Of a stretch of DNA of 64,000 bases, positions 1-13,670 are shown piece after piece; positions within the stretch are counted from its first letter, which is position 1; the number at the start of each line of letters is the position of its first letter. The stretch is from assembly GCA_030704615.1 (NCBI GenBank), contig CM060731.1, positions 51,770,001 to 51,834,000 on the forward strand, read 5' to 3'. The notes under the pieces are model-generated. The model made no database searches. It saw nothing but the letters and a program-made list of their open reading frames with translations, and was not told the origin of the DNA. Both the position numbers and the translations under genes were made by a program. The stretch comes from Takakia lepidozioides. Lineage: Eukaryota > Plantae > Bryophyta.

Positions 1-174
1 CTGTGGTTGTTTTGGTTCTGATAAAGGAGCCATTCTTCCTAGAATTCGCTAGCACTGAAATGGATGGGTGTCCTATTTGATCTTGAGATATAATGTATTC
101 TAGTTTCGTTTCCCAATCAAGGATGCATGTTGACACCGTCTGTGTGTCATGTGTCATGTGTCTTATGTATGCAG

Positions 175-417
175 GCAGGATGGGGCAACAGTTTGCACTT
201 TCTACCACAAAGCACAAAATCTGCATTTGTGAGCTTTGCACGACCTGTTACTACCATTGGGGATGTTCTGGGAATGTCGGTTCCTCCAGTAGGGAAGGGA
301 GCAAACCAAAGCTGTCACTCTCATGAAGGATGGAGATGGCCACAAGACGGAGCACAATCCAATGAGATGTACATAGACTCAATTGACGACGAACTCGACA
401 CCTCTCTTCATCTTTGA
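175..417 (+). CDS. Possible terminal coding exon of a gene starting left of the window
   Basis: Intron-like sequence ends in TGCAG at 174, then an open frame to TGA at 415-417. No recognisable domain. Confidence 0.25.
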   Translation, partial: AGWGNSLHFLPQSTKSAFVSFARPVTTIGDVLGMSVPPVGKGANQSCHSHEGWRWPQDGAQSNEMYIDSIDDELDTSLHL

Positions 418-2465
418 AGACACATTTACTACATGTATACAATCGGCATCGGCATTTTAAATTTTGAGGAAGGATCTTGTGGTCACAACAGACTTTTGAC
501 AATCTCTTGAAATATTTTGATACTTCAGTTCAGTTCAATAAGTTTTGCGTTAAAGGTTCATAGATATATGACCTTGTCTCCTTATGCAGGGGGTAATGTA
601 GATCCGTAGTGACAGTTCTTGTGGTCAACTGGAGGGATCATGAGGATGTGAAAATCAGAGGAAAGATGAAAGGTGAGTAGGGTCCTCCGCTATATCTTTG
701 ATCTGTATATATAACTCTCGACTTGGATCGGCACATTGTGAGCTTCACTGACGAACGGTGTGCTCCAAGCGGCCCGCACTCTCTTTCAAGCCTACAACTC
801 CAAATTGTATGCAGTTGTAGTGCTGGAGATCTTCAATATTGTTGTACAGTACAGTACATGTAAATGTAGTGATTCTGTGCTATAAGGATGTAACTCCAGG
901 CTTCAGAGGTTAGCAAAATCCTGGGATTTTGTACATATGATTCAAGTAGACAGGAAAGGAGAGACATTATGTAGGATTTTGCATTCTCTTAGAACATATT
1001 TTTCAGGCAGTTTTGACCGGGGTGTGTGACTGGGCTGTGTTGTCACACACACCTGTGCCCACTTTTTGGAAATGCACTCAATGCCGCATTTCCTGTGTAG
1101 TTACAGTTTTCTGTTACAATTTGAGTGTGTTCTACTTCACAATAAAAAGAAGTTTGTTGGTAGTTGTAGGAAGGCTTTGTACAGTTCTTGGTAATGCAAA
1201 CAACATATTTCACAGCTCTTTCAAGTTTCTCTTGGCTCTATTCCAGTCGTAAAGATAACTGCATGCCACAGCAATGATGCTACAATGTCCTCAGAAAGAT
1301 AGTCCCATGTAGCCGAGCACTGTTGTGTAATGGCTCTGCATCCAAATTTGTGTCCCATTACTGTTGCCTGCCACAACCGTCACCATTGTGTGTAGAACTG
1401 TCTCAATTATGGCTACTCTTGGAGTATATTTCCTATGGCATGCTCATTATGCCTTAGTATTCTCTCTTCGTAAGAGAGACTCAAACTCTACTAACCAAAA
1501 AAAAGTGCGAAGAGAAAGCAATGTGCCTTTGTCGCACATCCTGCAAATCAACCTGAAATGATCCTAGACCCAAAGACCGTGGGGAAGGATTGTAAGCCAA
1601 TCGATGCAACCATCCTCATCCCTGCTACAGAACCAACTCACCCAAGGTGTGTCACACTCTATTTGCATCCTCTCCTAGTGATCAAGACTGGAACTATCAG
1701 GAGAAATGAAGGGTTTCATCAAGAAAGTTGCAGAGCTCAAAAATACTAAATCTTGCAGGATGTTCCATGCAAGTATGAGCTCTCGCCATCCCACAAGGTC
1801 TTCCTTAGACTTGGGTCTGGGTTCTACAGGTGAAGTGAGAGGAATCCACTTACACTCAGGGTGCCTGTGCTGCATTCAACTACTGTCCATCTAGATTTCA
1901 TAGAGATGAAAGTTGCAACAGCCTTTTATATCATCGGCATGGGTTTTAAAACATTTGTAAATCCCCCGGTGAAGGTATTGGCTGTGGAAATGAATCCAAG
2001 AAAAGTCATTCATATCAGCAAACCTCAGATAGTGTACAATGTCAATCAATGTAACTGCGTATCAGACAGCAACCGCAACCAGCTTCACAACTGCTGTGAG
2101 AGTAGCTGGGTCAGAGCTGTCTGGAATTGAAGTCCATTTTGGAGTGGATAAACCACCGTGACATTCTGTGAAATACATCCACAATATGGTCGTGAAGGAC
2201 CAAAGCTGAAGTTGTCGAGCTTCCCTCTCGTACAGAACTTTGGCAGCACAAGGGTGGTCTTAAACTTCTCTCACCATTCTCTCTTTTGGACTTTGCATGC
2301 TTACAGAACATTCGCACTAAAAGGATCATGCAAAATTGTGCAGCGGCACATTTTTCCCTATGGAATGCATGAGCTGGACTCATGCTGTTCGAATGGAATT
2401 CCAGCTTTCACAGTAAGAAATAATTGCTAGGATACACCATTTGACTGAAAATGGGGAGGAACACA

Positions 2466-2861
2466 CTAGATGTCAACCCTTAGTTGCTCATCTATGGCTG
2501 TAAATTCCTGAAAGAATGCTCTGAAATGACGAAATGCCGTGTCAATGTCTTCAGTGCCGCACATCTCCCGCACACTGCCTCCCAACACCCCACAATACCC
2601 AGCTAAGCAGCCATATATGTGTATATATATATATATCTCAATGGCCACAAGGCTAAGGCAAACAACGTCTTATGAGTCTCTCTTTAACACCCTTTGTAAA
2701 TACCTTGAAAAGGCGTTACATATATATTTTTTATATACTAAGGTAAAGAGGTGGCAAAAAAGGTCTTTTGAGACACAAGGTCTTGCTGGCTCAGGGTAAG
2801 ACAGACCCTGAAACAAGATGCATTGCAGACCAAGATTTTTCAGTGCTATACGTATGGAACA

Positions 2862-2902
<41 letters not shown>

Positions 2903-5900
2903 GTTTCCATCCAAACTGGGCGTGGGGTCTATGGCCACAAGGCTATTCTCTCTGTCTCTCGTATGGGTCAAGCATCTCATGATTACATTTTTCTCTCTCG
3001 TAACCTAGAGCTGAAAATTGCATGGCTTATTGGATGGAACTATGACTAATCTTTTGTCACAGCTGGACAATTTCCACAATTTGTGGAGTAAAGTTGGAAT
3101 CAACCACATGACTACTTATAAACATGAGTCAGTGGCACTCCTAACAACCACCCTCTCTCTCTCACTTGCATGCACACATGCGAGAGCACACACACTCTAG
3201 GAGGTAAACTTCCTTTCTTCTCTATCTGTCACACACACAAACGAATGACTGGCTAAATTGGTCAAATTGGATATTCACCTGCATTTTTGGTACAATTCCA
3301 TCATGCTCAGGGATCTACTGTGAAGCCATTGCATGAACATTTTATGATTGAGAGATCACCTATGCATGGATAGCTGGGGCAAACCACAGTCAACAATCCG
3401 AATGCCATAGCCTGCTGCTATAATCGGACTCACTGTTGAGCAGCACCCCATATCCCTCAGCACTGCAAAATTCTGCATCCCATGCAACATCTGAACCACT
3501 TGAGCACATAGGTCCTGGACTAAACATCCGTTCTCCATGCTGAGATGCAAGGGCTAGTTATTGGATTATGGCAGGGATGACTAATTTTCTTTGCTTCTGT
3601 TTCAAGCCATCACTCTTCAGTATCTGTACTTTATGAAGAAGTGTCCATTGCTAGATCAACCAGAGGAACATTCAGAATGACACCTGGAGCCAATCTAGGC
3701 AACACAAAATTATGAATGCATGTCAAGCCCCTGCCTGTCTCTAACCATCAGAGTATGACAACATTTCAGTAAATTGACTGACCAATCAGTTTGGCAACCT
3801 CTATATGAGAGAACAATGGCGGTATCCCCCAACAATACCTTTTTCCCTTGAGCCATTATGCAGCATGCAAGTAAATGGCAAGCACACAGAACAATGTCTG
3901 CATTGAGAGAAGTTCCTAACCAGTCTAGAGTCTAACGGAGAAACTCAACAAACCTGAGTTGGGATGCAATTTCGTTTCGCGACTTCTCGAAACAGAAAGG
4001 AAGTGACTATGTCAGTTGCATTGCTGTGAAGGGCATCATGCTTGATGACCAGGCCATCATGGAGCTTAGGCTGATGCAGAGCCTCCTCATGCGTGCTACC
4101 ACTCACTTGTGTGGGGTGCAGTGCATGCGCCATATCCGCCGAAACTGGACCCGCAAGAACCCACCCATAACTACACTGTCGGACACCACATTGCCTATAT
4201 TCCCCCCTATATTTCCCCTACCCTCTCCCTCCCCTTCATTGTTTCTTTCTGAGCTTTCCATGAGAGCTTGGTTCATTCTTTACCAGGTTTCTGTTATAGT
4301 GTTTGAAAACTAGAGTCATCAACAGACAGTGCAGAATTGTCCAACAGACCAATGAAGGATCGGCGTATAGCACGCTCCACCACGCCTTCGCTTTCAGAGC
4401 CCCGTGCCAACCAGCGTGTAATACGTGTCATGGCCTGCAACATCGTCTGGGGTCCCGCCCCTTGTGCAGAGTCTGACACTATCTGCCATCCATATGAAGA
4501 AGTAAATGAAAGTACTGTTGTCAAAGGGGTAGGTGGATGTCAGAAAAAGAATACATAATTACTTCACAGGTATTTATGAAACATGATTTGCCTCTTTAGC
4601 ACCTTGAAAGTTTCTCCCCACCCTCAAAGGTGGGCAGCACTCCAATTGGGGCAAAGGCTCAGTATTAGACTGCCCTTGGCTGGCATCCTCTCTTTTTTCA
4701 TCTGGCAGACCGGAAATCAAATGGTCTATGGTCCATAGGTAAGAAAGCTACCTCGCCATTGTCAAAGAGGGCCACCATGTGGATGCAGCTCTCATCAATA
4801 AGGGAGGAGGGCTCTGCACATGTATCGAGCAGCGCCCACAATGCACAGAAGGCTGAAGCCAAATTATCCAACCTGCCTGCAAACACAAATTCGTCACGAG
4901 CACCCCCAATACAACCAGGCTGTGTGTCATACACACTGAGCTCAAAGTCTGCAATCTCAGTAACCTCGCACTTGAGCTCCTCTGCCAGCACCTGCAATCC
5001 CTTTGCCCAAACTTTGTCAGCCACACCTACAGTATCATGTTAGTCCTAGAGAGATATTCAGTAAAGTCTGCTTGGTGTAGACTTATGGCCAAGTACTACC
5101 CATAGACTTTGCATGGAGGGAAGGAGAGTGCATCGAGGAGTATACCTGCAGCAAAAGTGGGTGATGGGCAGTTGTGGTCAGGGGATAGACATGAGGTGCA
5201 TGCTCATGTTGCTCCACTGGGATTGATGACTCTGATTCACACGATACAGTCAATTCTGCCTCTATTTGAATGGCCAGCACTGGCGCCAATTGTGCATCCA
5301 TCTCAGCCTTGCCATCTCCTGCTACTCCCCTGTCAATCATTGTATGTCACATGTCAATATCAGGGTGCTTCCCATCAAATGGAAGCCAAGCAGCTGGACA
5401 TCTTGTAAGTGGGGATGTTGCATTAGCTTGGTCCCATGGGCCCTCTGTGGGTGTTATCGAGCTTCTTTCTTCTCATCTGTCAGTCCCCCTATCTGTTTGT
5501 GGGTGTGCACATTGAAAAAGAATGGGAAGTCCCACTACTGGAGTGAACCCCTCACAGAGGTAGTTTCTGTTCCCTCTTATTCCACCCAAACTGAGCTGGC
5601 AAACAACGTCACATGAGTACATTCTCTATCTTTCACCCACCTAGCTGGAAAAGCAGGGGCAGAACCCCAGATCAGCTTGTCTTGCACTCTCACTCCTCTC
5701 TTTTGACAATTTTCTATGTATGTTGGTAAAAAGTGTGAATGGAAGGGACTCAACCTGAAACTATCAGAATACAGCCACACAATATCACATCATCTTGTCT
5801 GCATAAACAGGAACCTACATACTCCATCTGATCCTCCTCAATGAACGGCAAACAAGGCAAACGCATCCCAACTGCCTTCCAATATGTATGAAACTGGGGA

Positions 5901-7860
5901 CATCCAACCTGTCAGAAGGTACGGCAAGAGTGGGAATACGGAGTATGGGGCGCCTAACTCGCACGAGTTCATGGACAAGCTCGCCATCCTTCCGTCGAAG
6001 CAGCACCCGGCCTGCAATGCTGAGGTCTCTGTCAAACCATGTCTGCCATAACCCTGTGCCATAGGTTTGTACCCGCACATGCAAGAAACCTCCTTTTGAT
6101 GCTTGGGAAACAGGCTTCAACTTGGGGCAAGGGCTATCTGTGTGCGCAGCTACCACATGGAAGCCACCGCCAGGCATGTATCTGCATTGTCAGCCAAAAT
6201 GGAACACTGATAAGCTAAGACAGTACAACTCTGATAATTGACATTCTGACTACCATCAACCAAAGTGCACCTCCAGGGTCAGAGGTCATTAAACAAGCAT
6301 GAGAAGACTACTGTTGGCAAGCTTTTCTGCAAAAATCACTTGCTGGAGGGTTAGTTGTTTGTTCTCATTTCAGGTCAGCAGCCACTCCGATTGATTTCAT
6401 GCCACCGTTGCCAAACAGTAAATTCCCTTGTCACAGGCATATCCTGCTCAAAAAATGGTCTTGCAGGCCTAGCCACAGGTTTGCAGTGATTGGATCGAGC
6501 ATTCACACTTCACAATTACAAAAGATGGAGAGAAAGCTACATGAACATCATTTGAGTAGCCAAAGGCACAAGTCTGTCCCCAAACAATGTGACTTAGACT
6601 CTGTTTGCAGAGGCCTCTGGCCACAGACAAGCATCCAGGTGATGAGGGACAGAAAACAGCGAGTAGGGAAGGGACAAACAGGGGCCACTACCATTGCTCC
6701 AGTAGTGGGACTTACCTGTGTGAATGAAGCTGGTTCGGGCCTTCCAGATTTCCTCCAGAAAGCCATTTACCATAGCATCAATTTGGTAGTCCACCCATAG
6801 AGACAAAGACTGCCAGTGTCAGCTTAGCAACGTGTGTGACTGACTTGTCCACTACCTAGAATTGAAGAGCCATTTTGTGACAAACGGGTTCACCTCTTGC
6901 CTATCACGCCATGGCAGCTGCAGCCAACATAAAGTCATGTCTATCATGACCAGGCCCACTCAACATCTGAAATTTGAGCAGTGTTGCTTAAGTGACTGAG
7001 GTTGGGAATAGGGCCTACTTGCGACCAATGGCGAAAGCAAAGATAGAAGACATGTTGCGTGTGAAGAAATAGCGGCCGCCTGGCTGCACCGCCCACTCTT
7101 CACACTCGTTTAATTGCTGGAATCCCGCACCCAACAAATGTCTCCTTGCCTCGGCTATCACCAATCCACACACAACCCTTAGCTTCCATTCAAACTTCAC
7201 CAAATTATAAGAAGAACAGACTGATAATTATCATGCATTCTGAAAAGAAAGAATGTTTCATGTCTGTGTCACAACTACTCATGATTTAAGAGGTGCTTAC
7301 CAATATTCGGTCACAACTCTAAACATGAATATTACTGTTAGTTCTTGAAACCAATACATCTGCCATAATGCATGGGAACATACTAAACCCATACTTCGAC
7401 AATCAACATATTGGGATTGACCTCCTGCAACTTCTGCACAAAGGCAGTCAGGATCGCCAGTGACTATCACGAAGCCTACTAAACGAGCTGCTTCAAATAC
7501 TGGCCAGGTTATTCAAGTATCATCACAATGATGACAGTTTTTGAAAGCTCACACATACTGTCCCTCCAAAATTTGTCATGCACAGATGTTTCTTCAGGAT
7601 CAGGCCAGGTCAGTCATAACCACTGATGTGTCAGTATATTATCGTAGTGCGGCAGATTGTACTAACACACATCCTCACATCCCATATCTGAAGGAAGAAT
7701 CCAAATCTGTATTCAAGCTCAATTCTCAACACCGTGCTTACCAGTGGGCATAGAATGGTGTGCGGGGCTTACCAGCGGCATGGAAAGGTGTGCAGGAATT
7801 GTTAACAAAGTCAAGCAAATTGGGTACAATTGATGCCTGAGTTTCGCGGCAAAGAAGGCC
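2466..7860 (-). CDS. DNPEP: Aspartyl aminopeptidase-like protein (peptidase M18), 9 visible exons, start codon not located
   Basis: Phase-compatible GT-AG exons 7860-7773 (LLDFVNNSCTPFHA), 7154-7019 (YFFTRNMS), 6181-5909 (AAHTDSP), 5329-5146, 4991-4752 (GRLDNL), 4482-4350 (SAQGAG), 4144-3954 (SADMAH), 3472-3360 (LSMH), 2574-2466 (SVREMCG...stop). Motifs are in M18 order. Confidence 0.92.
2869..2898. repeat. (CT)n microsatellite in an intron
   Basis: About 30 bp TC run read directly. Confidence 0.9.
5521..5630 (+). repeat. Copy of a short dispersed repeat; related pieces at ~2641-2682, ~2911-2945, ~6680-6712 (inverted), ~15519-15630
   Basis: Shared strings GTCCCACTACTGG..GTGA.CCCCTCACA.AGGTAGT.TCTGTTC, CCAAACTGGGCG, TGGCCACAAGGCTA and ATGAGTACATTCT. 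Confidence 0.65.
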
Positions 7861-8728
7861 CTGCACCAGGCATACATAATTGCCGCTTCATTACCTTCTC
7901 TTTCTGGCAAGTCTCACTCTATCCAGCAGACAAGAGTATAACAGACTTCATTGCTGTGGTTCGACCAGGAGAAGAAGTGTAAGTCTCCACCAGCAAAAAT
8001 TCTGATACAATTCCCAACATGGGAGTATGATAAACACCAGTCATACAGCGACTTTAACCTCTATCCCCCTCTCAACACAACCTTATGTCTGCAACAAAAT
8101 TTGGCAAACATATACGTCTTCCATTCAACATAACCCAAACTGCTCCTAAATTTTTTTGCAGAGGTTTCAAAATTTCAGGTGAAGAGTTGCAAAAGCAGAG
8201 GGAATCCATTAAACCTCTCCATGATTGATCTCACATTTGAGCACAAATGCAAAGAATCTCTTTTTCATACCCCAATCTGTATACAATGAAGTACTGGCCC
8301 TAACTATAACACCCTGAACCCTGCCACCTCTCTTATATATGGAAAGCTTGAGGCACTGGACACTATCCTAATCGAAAGAAAAACTGAGTCTAATCAAATA
8401 GCCACCTGCACTCAGCCAATAACACCCAGTGTTAAGCAATTCCTAGAGGAATTCTTCGTGGCCAAACTATAAGATTCTTCTTTTCAACAAATCAAAATCC
8501 CAGGAATGGCCCTTAGTTGAAGCATGCATTTGAAAGTACCAACTAAATGCCAATAGCAACTGTGACTAACTTCATCCCTGTCGCACCATCTCTAAAGCCA
8601 TAATACTTAAAGTCTTGGATGATACAGTCAGACAAATGAACGAAAGTCTTGTCTTTCGTCATCAACGACATGTCACTTTCCACATGCTCTGAAGAGCTCA
8701 GTCAGTGTCATCCTCCTGGGTCTATCAC

Positions 8729-9816
8729 TTAAACTCTCTGAGAATTCCACAAGACAAAACCCTGTAAGAGCTGTTCTTTGAACAAGTGAGGATCACCTGC
8801 CTTCTCTGCGAAAAAGGACCGAGGAAGTGGCTGCTGTGGTGGTGGCGCCCCACCACCCACAAACCGAACGTCTGACACGGGGGATGCATGTAAGGGAAGT
8901 CCAAGTCGCACATGAGTATCGGCTACTGCAAAGTTGCTCTCGTCCATACTGTGGCCTTCACCTGGTGGGCCACCTCTTCCTTCACTTGAAGCTGCATCAT
9001 AATCGCCATCCCCAGCTGCTGCCAGCAGCACTGTGGCAACCCCTGGAATCCCCTGTGAGCTCAGCAATGCCCGTGTAGGGGGAAGAGGCTCTCTTGTTCT
9101 CTTCGCTCTTTTTGCATGCTTCTGGGGGCAATTCACACATATTGCGTCTCCCAGCCTGGCTTGGCAATGCCAGCATATGAGGTTGGGCACCTGCATTTGA
9201 TTTTGAAAGCTTTTAGACATACTGGCAGTGGCAGGATGGTAAGAATCTATCAAACCCTTTGACTTGTTCAGTCACGCACACTTGATGAGTTGGACATCAT
9301 ATGCGCAGTAAAGACTCGCATGTGAAGTCCTACTGGATGGGTTCTGTTGACATCAAAGTCCTTCAGACGGTCAACAGATTACCACATACTCTCAAGTTTT
9401 CCAATTACACACTTCACCAAACATAGTCAGATAGGCTTTGGCTTGCTGACCTGAATCCATTTGCCTTGCACTTCATCAAGCTGGAAGAAGGTCTTGAGAT
9501 CAACCCCGAGATGCCGGTTGATGCAAAATCGGCAAAACCAGCGCCGCCGTCGCTCCCCTTTGGTATTTGAGTGACCTGCGCAATCTGGCGCAGGGCATAT
9601 GAAGAGTCCTCCGAACTGGCGGGTTGAATTTTTGACCTTGCGAGAGATCCAATCCCGTGGCCAGCCTTCCCCACGCTCCAACTGCTTGGCTGCTTCTGCC
9701 GGGGTTGTGGTGTGATGGTGCGTACACCAATGGCAGGCAGCCCTCAGCTCTAGGTTGAACTTCTCCCACAAATCATTATCTATGAGGAAAGAAGGTGACC
9801 GTGATGCCTCATCCAT
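8729..9816 (-). CDS. Cys-rich zinc-finger protein resembling zf-4CXXC_R1 (CDCA7/KDM3-type)
   Basis: Exon 9816-9451 (CHWC...CPAPDC...FCRFCINRHLG) joins in phase 0 across a GT-AG intron to an exon starting at 9190 (ICWHC...ICVNC, then basic KRAKR). The 3' end is uncertain. Confidence 0.6.
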
Positions 9817-11339
9817 TCTTCTTGCCTTGAATGGGACTAGTTAAGTCTTCGCACTAAACACAGTCAACAGAAATGGTGTACCTGTTTATTAGCCTGCAGC
9901 TTGAAGTATCCTGACTTTCCCTAGTAGCAAATCCATTCAAATCAGACCAGCACTGCGTCCCTATTTCTGCTGAGGCAGTGGGAAAATGATTCCGTCATCC
10001 ACAAATTCTCAAATTTGAGAGAACAAGAAAGGCGTTTTCATAGTTCCTCCAATTGCTACACATTGTCTTGAGATAGACAATATTTCTTCCTCCTACGGAG
10101 CCAACCCCCAGTCTACGGAGGTTTCATTGTTTTCTCCAGAAATCCACACATGTTACTAGAAAACTCCTCCTTTAGTAACAATGGTGGCGTGCCCCCAAAA
10201 CCCTAGCAGGTACAACATTGTTCTAGCAAATTTCCCAGGTCTGAGTAAAAGTTCCAATAAAGCTGGAAGACTGAAACTTCCACACAGCCTCCTGCTAATC
10301 AAATTCACAATTGGGCAATATAAATCTCCCGGCAACTCAACCAAACGTCAAATAAACATTACTCTTCTGGTTTTCAGGGACATATCTTGTAAGAGAAACT
10401 TCAATTTTTCAATCCACCACCATCTCTCCAACTGTGAAATAAAATTCACCTCTGGACCCTAATTTCTCATGTTCTTTCTTATAGGCCAGCATTGGACTCG
10501 ACCAATTTGCCTACTATTTGAAACAAGTTCAGTGCTGACCTTTGAATGTCATACAGGCCTTTCCATCCCAAAGTTGTGCGCCCTCCAGGGACTTGAGCCT
10601 TTTCTTGCACTAAGTGAGAAACCAAAGGAACAGCAGCAGTGCGGCCGCACAACACTTGGGGGCATACCAAGGTCTTTCCGAATACTCGACTCCAATAAGA
10701 CTTCCCTTCCAAGTCTGTGTTCTCCAATGCGCTTTCGTTGTTTCTGTGCATGTTAAGTAGATTCGGCACACAACCCCAATGACCTTACAGAAACAGCTTG
10801 AAGACCTAGCAATGCAGCTAAGAAGCCACAACTCGCTCGGGTCTGTGCAAATGGAGAGATTTGCATAAGCGTACTTGTAGTCGGCACTGCAATAGACAGA
10901 GTAATCCAGGCTGCCCTAAATGCCCCCAGAAAGGGGAACAAAACATGAAGAGACAGAGGAGGACGGGGACTACGAAAGGCTACAGCCAAGACTCCGCTCG
11001 GCACCAAGACAGCCTCAAACACTTCTTCACCAATGCTTCTTATGACCTGGAAATCACAGCAGCAGAGTGACAGACAGTCCCAAACGTAACATCTTTTTGA
11101 ACCTTGGCCATCAATCCCAGCTTTCACAGCATTGTCCGACTGCACAGACCTGCAGACTTGTACAAGCTCAGATATCCCAGCTATCATTGCCAGCAAGGGC
11201 TTGAGTGTGCAGCCATTACCAAATTCTTCAAGTTCCGTTTCCCCTGCGATGGACTATGGACCTCCTGGCAAGCCGCAATACCCACACACACACACCCACG
11301 CACACGCCCAGTCTTTAAGGGGCAGGCGGCCCGCAAGCA

Positions 11340-11550
11340 CGTCTGATGAGTCCTTCCTACCCCGCTAGCACCACGTGGAGCGCTGGAAGTGGGCGAGAGG
11401 CAGGTCCCTCACGTCGTCTGCACACGGGTGCCCTGCGAACGGCAATCATCGTACGCCACGCGGCCCGCCTGCCCCACCGCCCGCAATGCTCTTCTGTCCG
11501 CCCGCCCGCCTTCCCTCTTCGGACTTCCCCGCCCGGCCCGTCAACCCCAT
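11340..11550 (-). promoter_or_regulatory. GC/CpG-rich probable promoter or first non-coding exon for the downstream minus-strand gene(s)
   Basis: Local GC and CpG enrichment, CCACGTGG G-box at ~11371, possible splice donor near 11360 on the minus strand. Confidence 0.35.
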
Positions 11551-13670
11551 TTCCTTACAAACAAATTATTTTTGTATTTTTCATTTATTTACTTGATATT
11601 CAACTGACAGACTGACAGTGAGCCGGGGCCAGGCTGGACGGTTTTCTTTTTTATATATTTCTTTTCTTCCCGGTAAAATATAATTGTATTTCTTTAATGA
11701 GAGGAAACTTCGTCACCGACAAGAATGCACGCCATACTAGAATTTCAGCTATTCATTCATCGGGATGAATGACAATCATCCGGTAGAGGTTGTATCCGGG
11801 CCCCGGCGTCGCTTGGCTTCTGACCTTCATCCAAATGGGGTAGGTAGGAACGATAGAGTAGGGTGTAGGTGGTAAGTAGGTTGGGTAGGCTACAATCAAA
11901 TTGTAGGTGGGGCGGTTGTAGCTGTACCCTACCTGCCTACCTACATACCTTCCTGCTGCCCGATCGTCTCTACCGGGTGATCTAGCCACCTGACCAAGTT
12001 ATGCGACAGGACGGTAGCAAGCGTTATCCGAAACCGGTGCAGGCGGTAGTGGTGACTGGCTACCGGATGCTTGTTTCCAGACAGGTCGGTTCTTTAGGGT
12101 TTGCATGTTGCAGGAGAGGCATCCTGCCGTCTCTCGCTGTCCCTCCTGCTGAATCCCTGCTTTGAGAAGACCTTCCAGGAAATCAAGTGTTGCCATCTCT
12201 CCGAAGTAGAATGTTCATGTCCACATCCAACCTGCGGTCATATAGATTATATTGTAAATTTAACTCGCATACTCATACTACAAGATCATTTGTCATTGAT
12301 GTAATCACACATGGATTGCAAGGAAAATTGAATGGCCCCCGGACATTGGTGTAGGTTTTATCCCCACCAGAATCTAAGATGTAATATTAGTCTTGTTCCT
12401 ACCTTAGACATTTGGTACGTCTTTCACTCGACAACGAGTCCTCAATGAGTCCCCCAAGAGAGATAAAGAGATGAAAAGAGATGAGCATCACAACATACAG
12501 TACATACACAACAGGGAGGGTGCAGATACATGGGTGTATGAATGTATAGAAAGCAAAATCAGCCTGTGCTTCTTGATGGTGGGAGAGTGGAAATTGCATT
12601 AGCAAGGCATGATTCACAAGGTGGCTTTTCTCCCTTAAGATAACATCTTTTCTTTCTAGGTTCAGAGCAGTAAGCAGATCTCCCACTAGATTATGTATAA
12701 CCTGCTTTCCCTTTCAAAGAGGAAGGGAAAACTTCTTGGACGAGACAGCCATGTAGATATTACTCTCTGAACTCACATGAGGCCCAGGGAATGCAATCTC
12801 ACTCATCTCCCTGTTTTTGCCCTTCATGGAATGAGAATTAATCATGTTGACTACACTGGCATGCAACAGACTGTGAAGAGAAGGGTGATGCACCGACTCA
12901 TCATTGTTCAGAGCTTTCATATAGCTGGTATGTTAACATACATGCCTTAAGGAATAGAACTTTCTAATGTCACAACCTACAAGCACCCTTGCGATTCGTA
13001 TAAGCCCCTTGTTGCCATGGACAGTGAGGTAGACTTGTTTGTCCAGTACAGGCCATCTAAGTGCGAAATCCTTGCTGTTATTTGCGTGTCAGGAAGGCCC
13101 CCCTCACCCTACCCGGAAGTTTGCAGGCACATTACTCATAAGAAAGTAGCCACCATTTGTTTAAGTTACTATGTAACCAATTTTACACCTCCAAGAATCA
13201 GAGCTACAAAAGGGAAGAGACAATTCGAGTGAAAGATAGACAATGGAAGGTGGAGTGTGGAAGAGTAATTTAGGTCTAGGGAATGTGGGAGACAAAGAAT
13301 TTGAGTTGACATTGTGTGCGAGAAAACTGGTCATAAAACCTCTTGGCCATGACTCGGCGGCAAGGAATGGAATGTCTTTTAAGTCTATCCTCCTCTCTCC
13401 TCTACAGCCCCACCCCCAATCAGAAGAGGCCATAGGTGCTCAGATTTACTCCTGTATGCAATTGCCTTCTACCTTCAGCAGTTTCCTTCAAGTTCCCTAA
13501 AAGTAAGTAGGGCCAGGATCAGCCGATAAATCTCAAATTCAGGACACACTCGAGATGCTTTTGCCCCACGTGAAACGAGAACGAAGTCCAGCATATCATC
13601 AACATCGAACAGAGGTGAAACTAAGTGGTATTTGGGATGTAATCATGCAAACTAGTATTCAACTCAAGAC

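Noticed and set aside
10469-12304. Cys-containing short ORFs (CPKCPQK; CSCPHPTC)
   Set aside because: No consistent domain or splice structure; could be chance or very decayed fragments.
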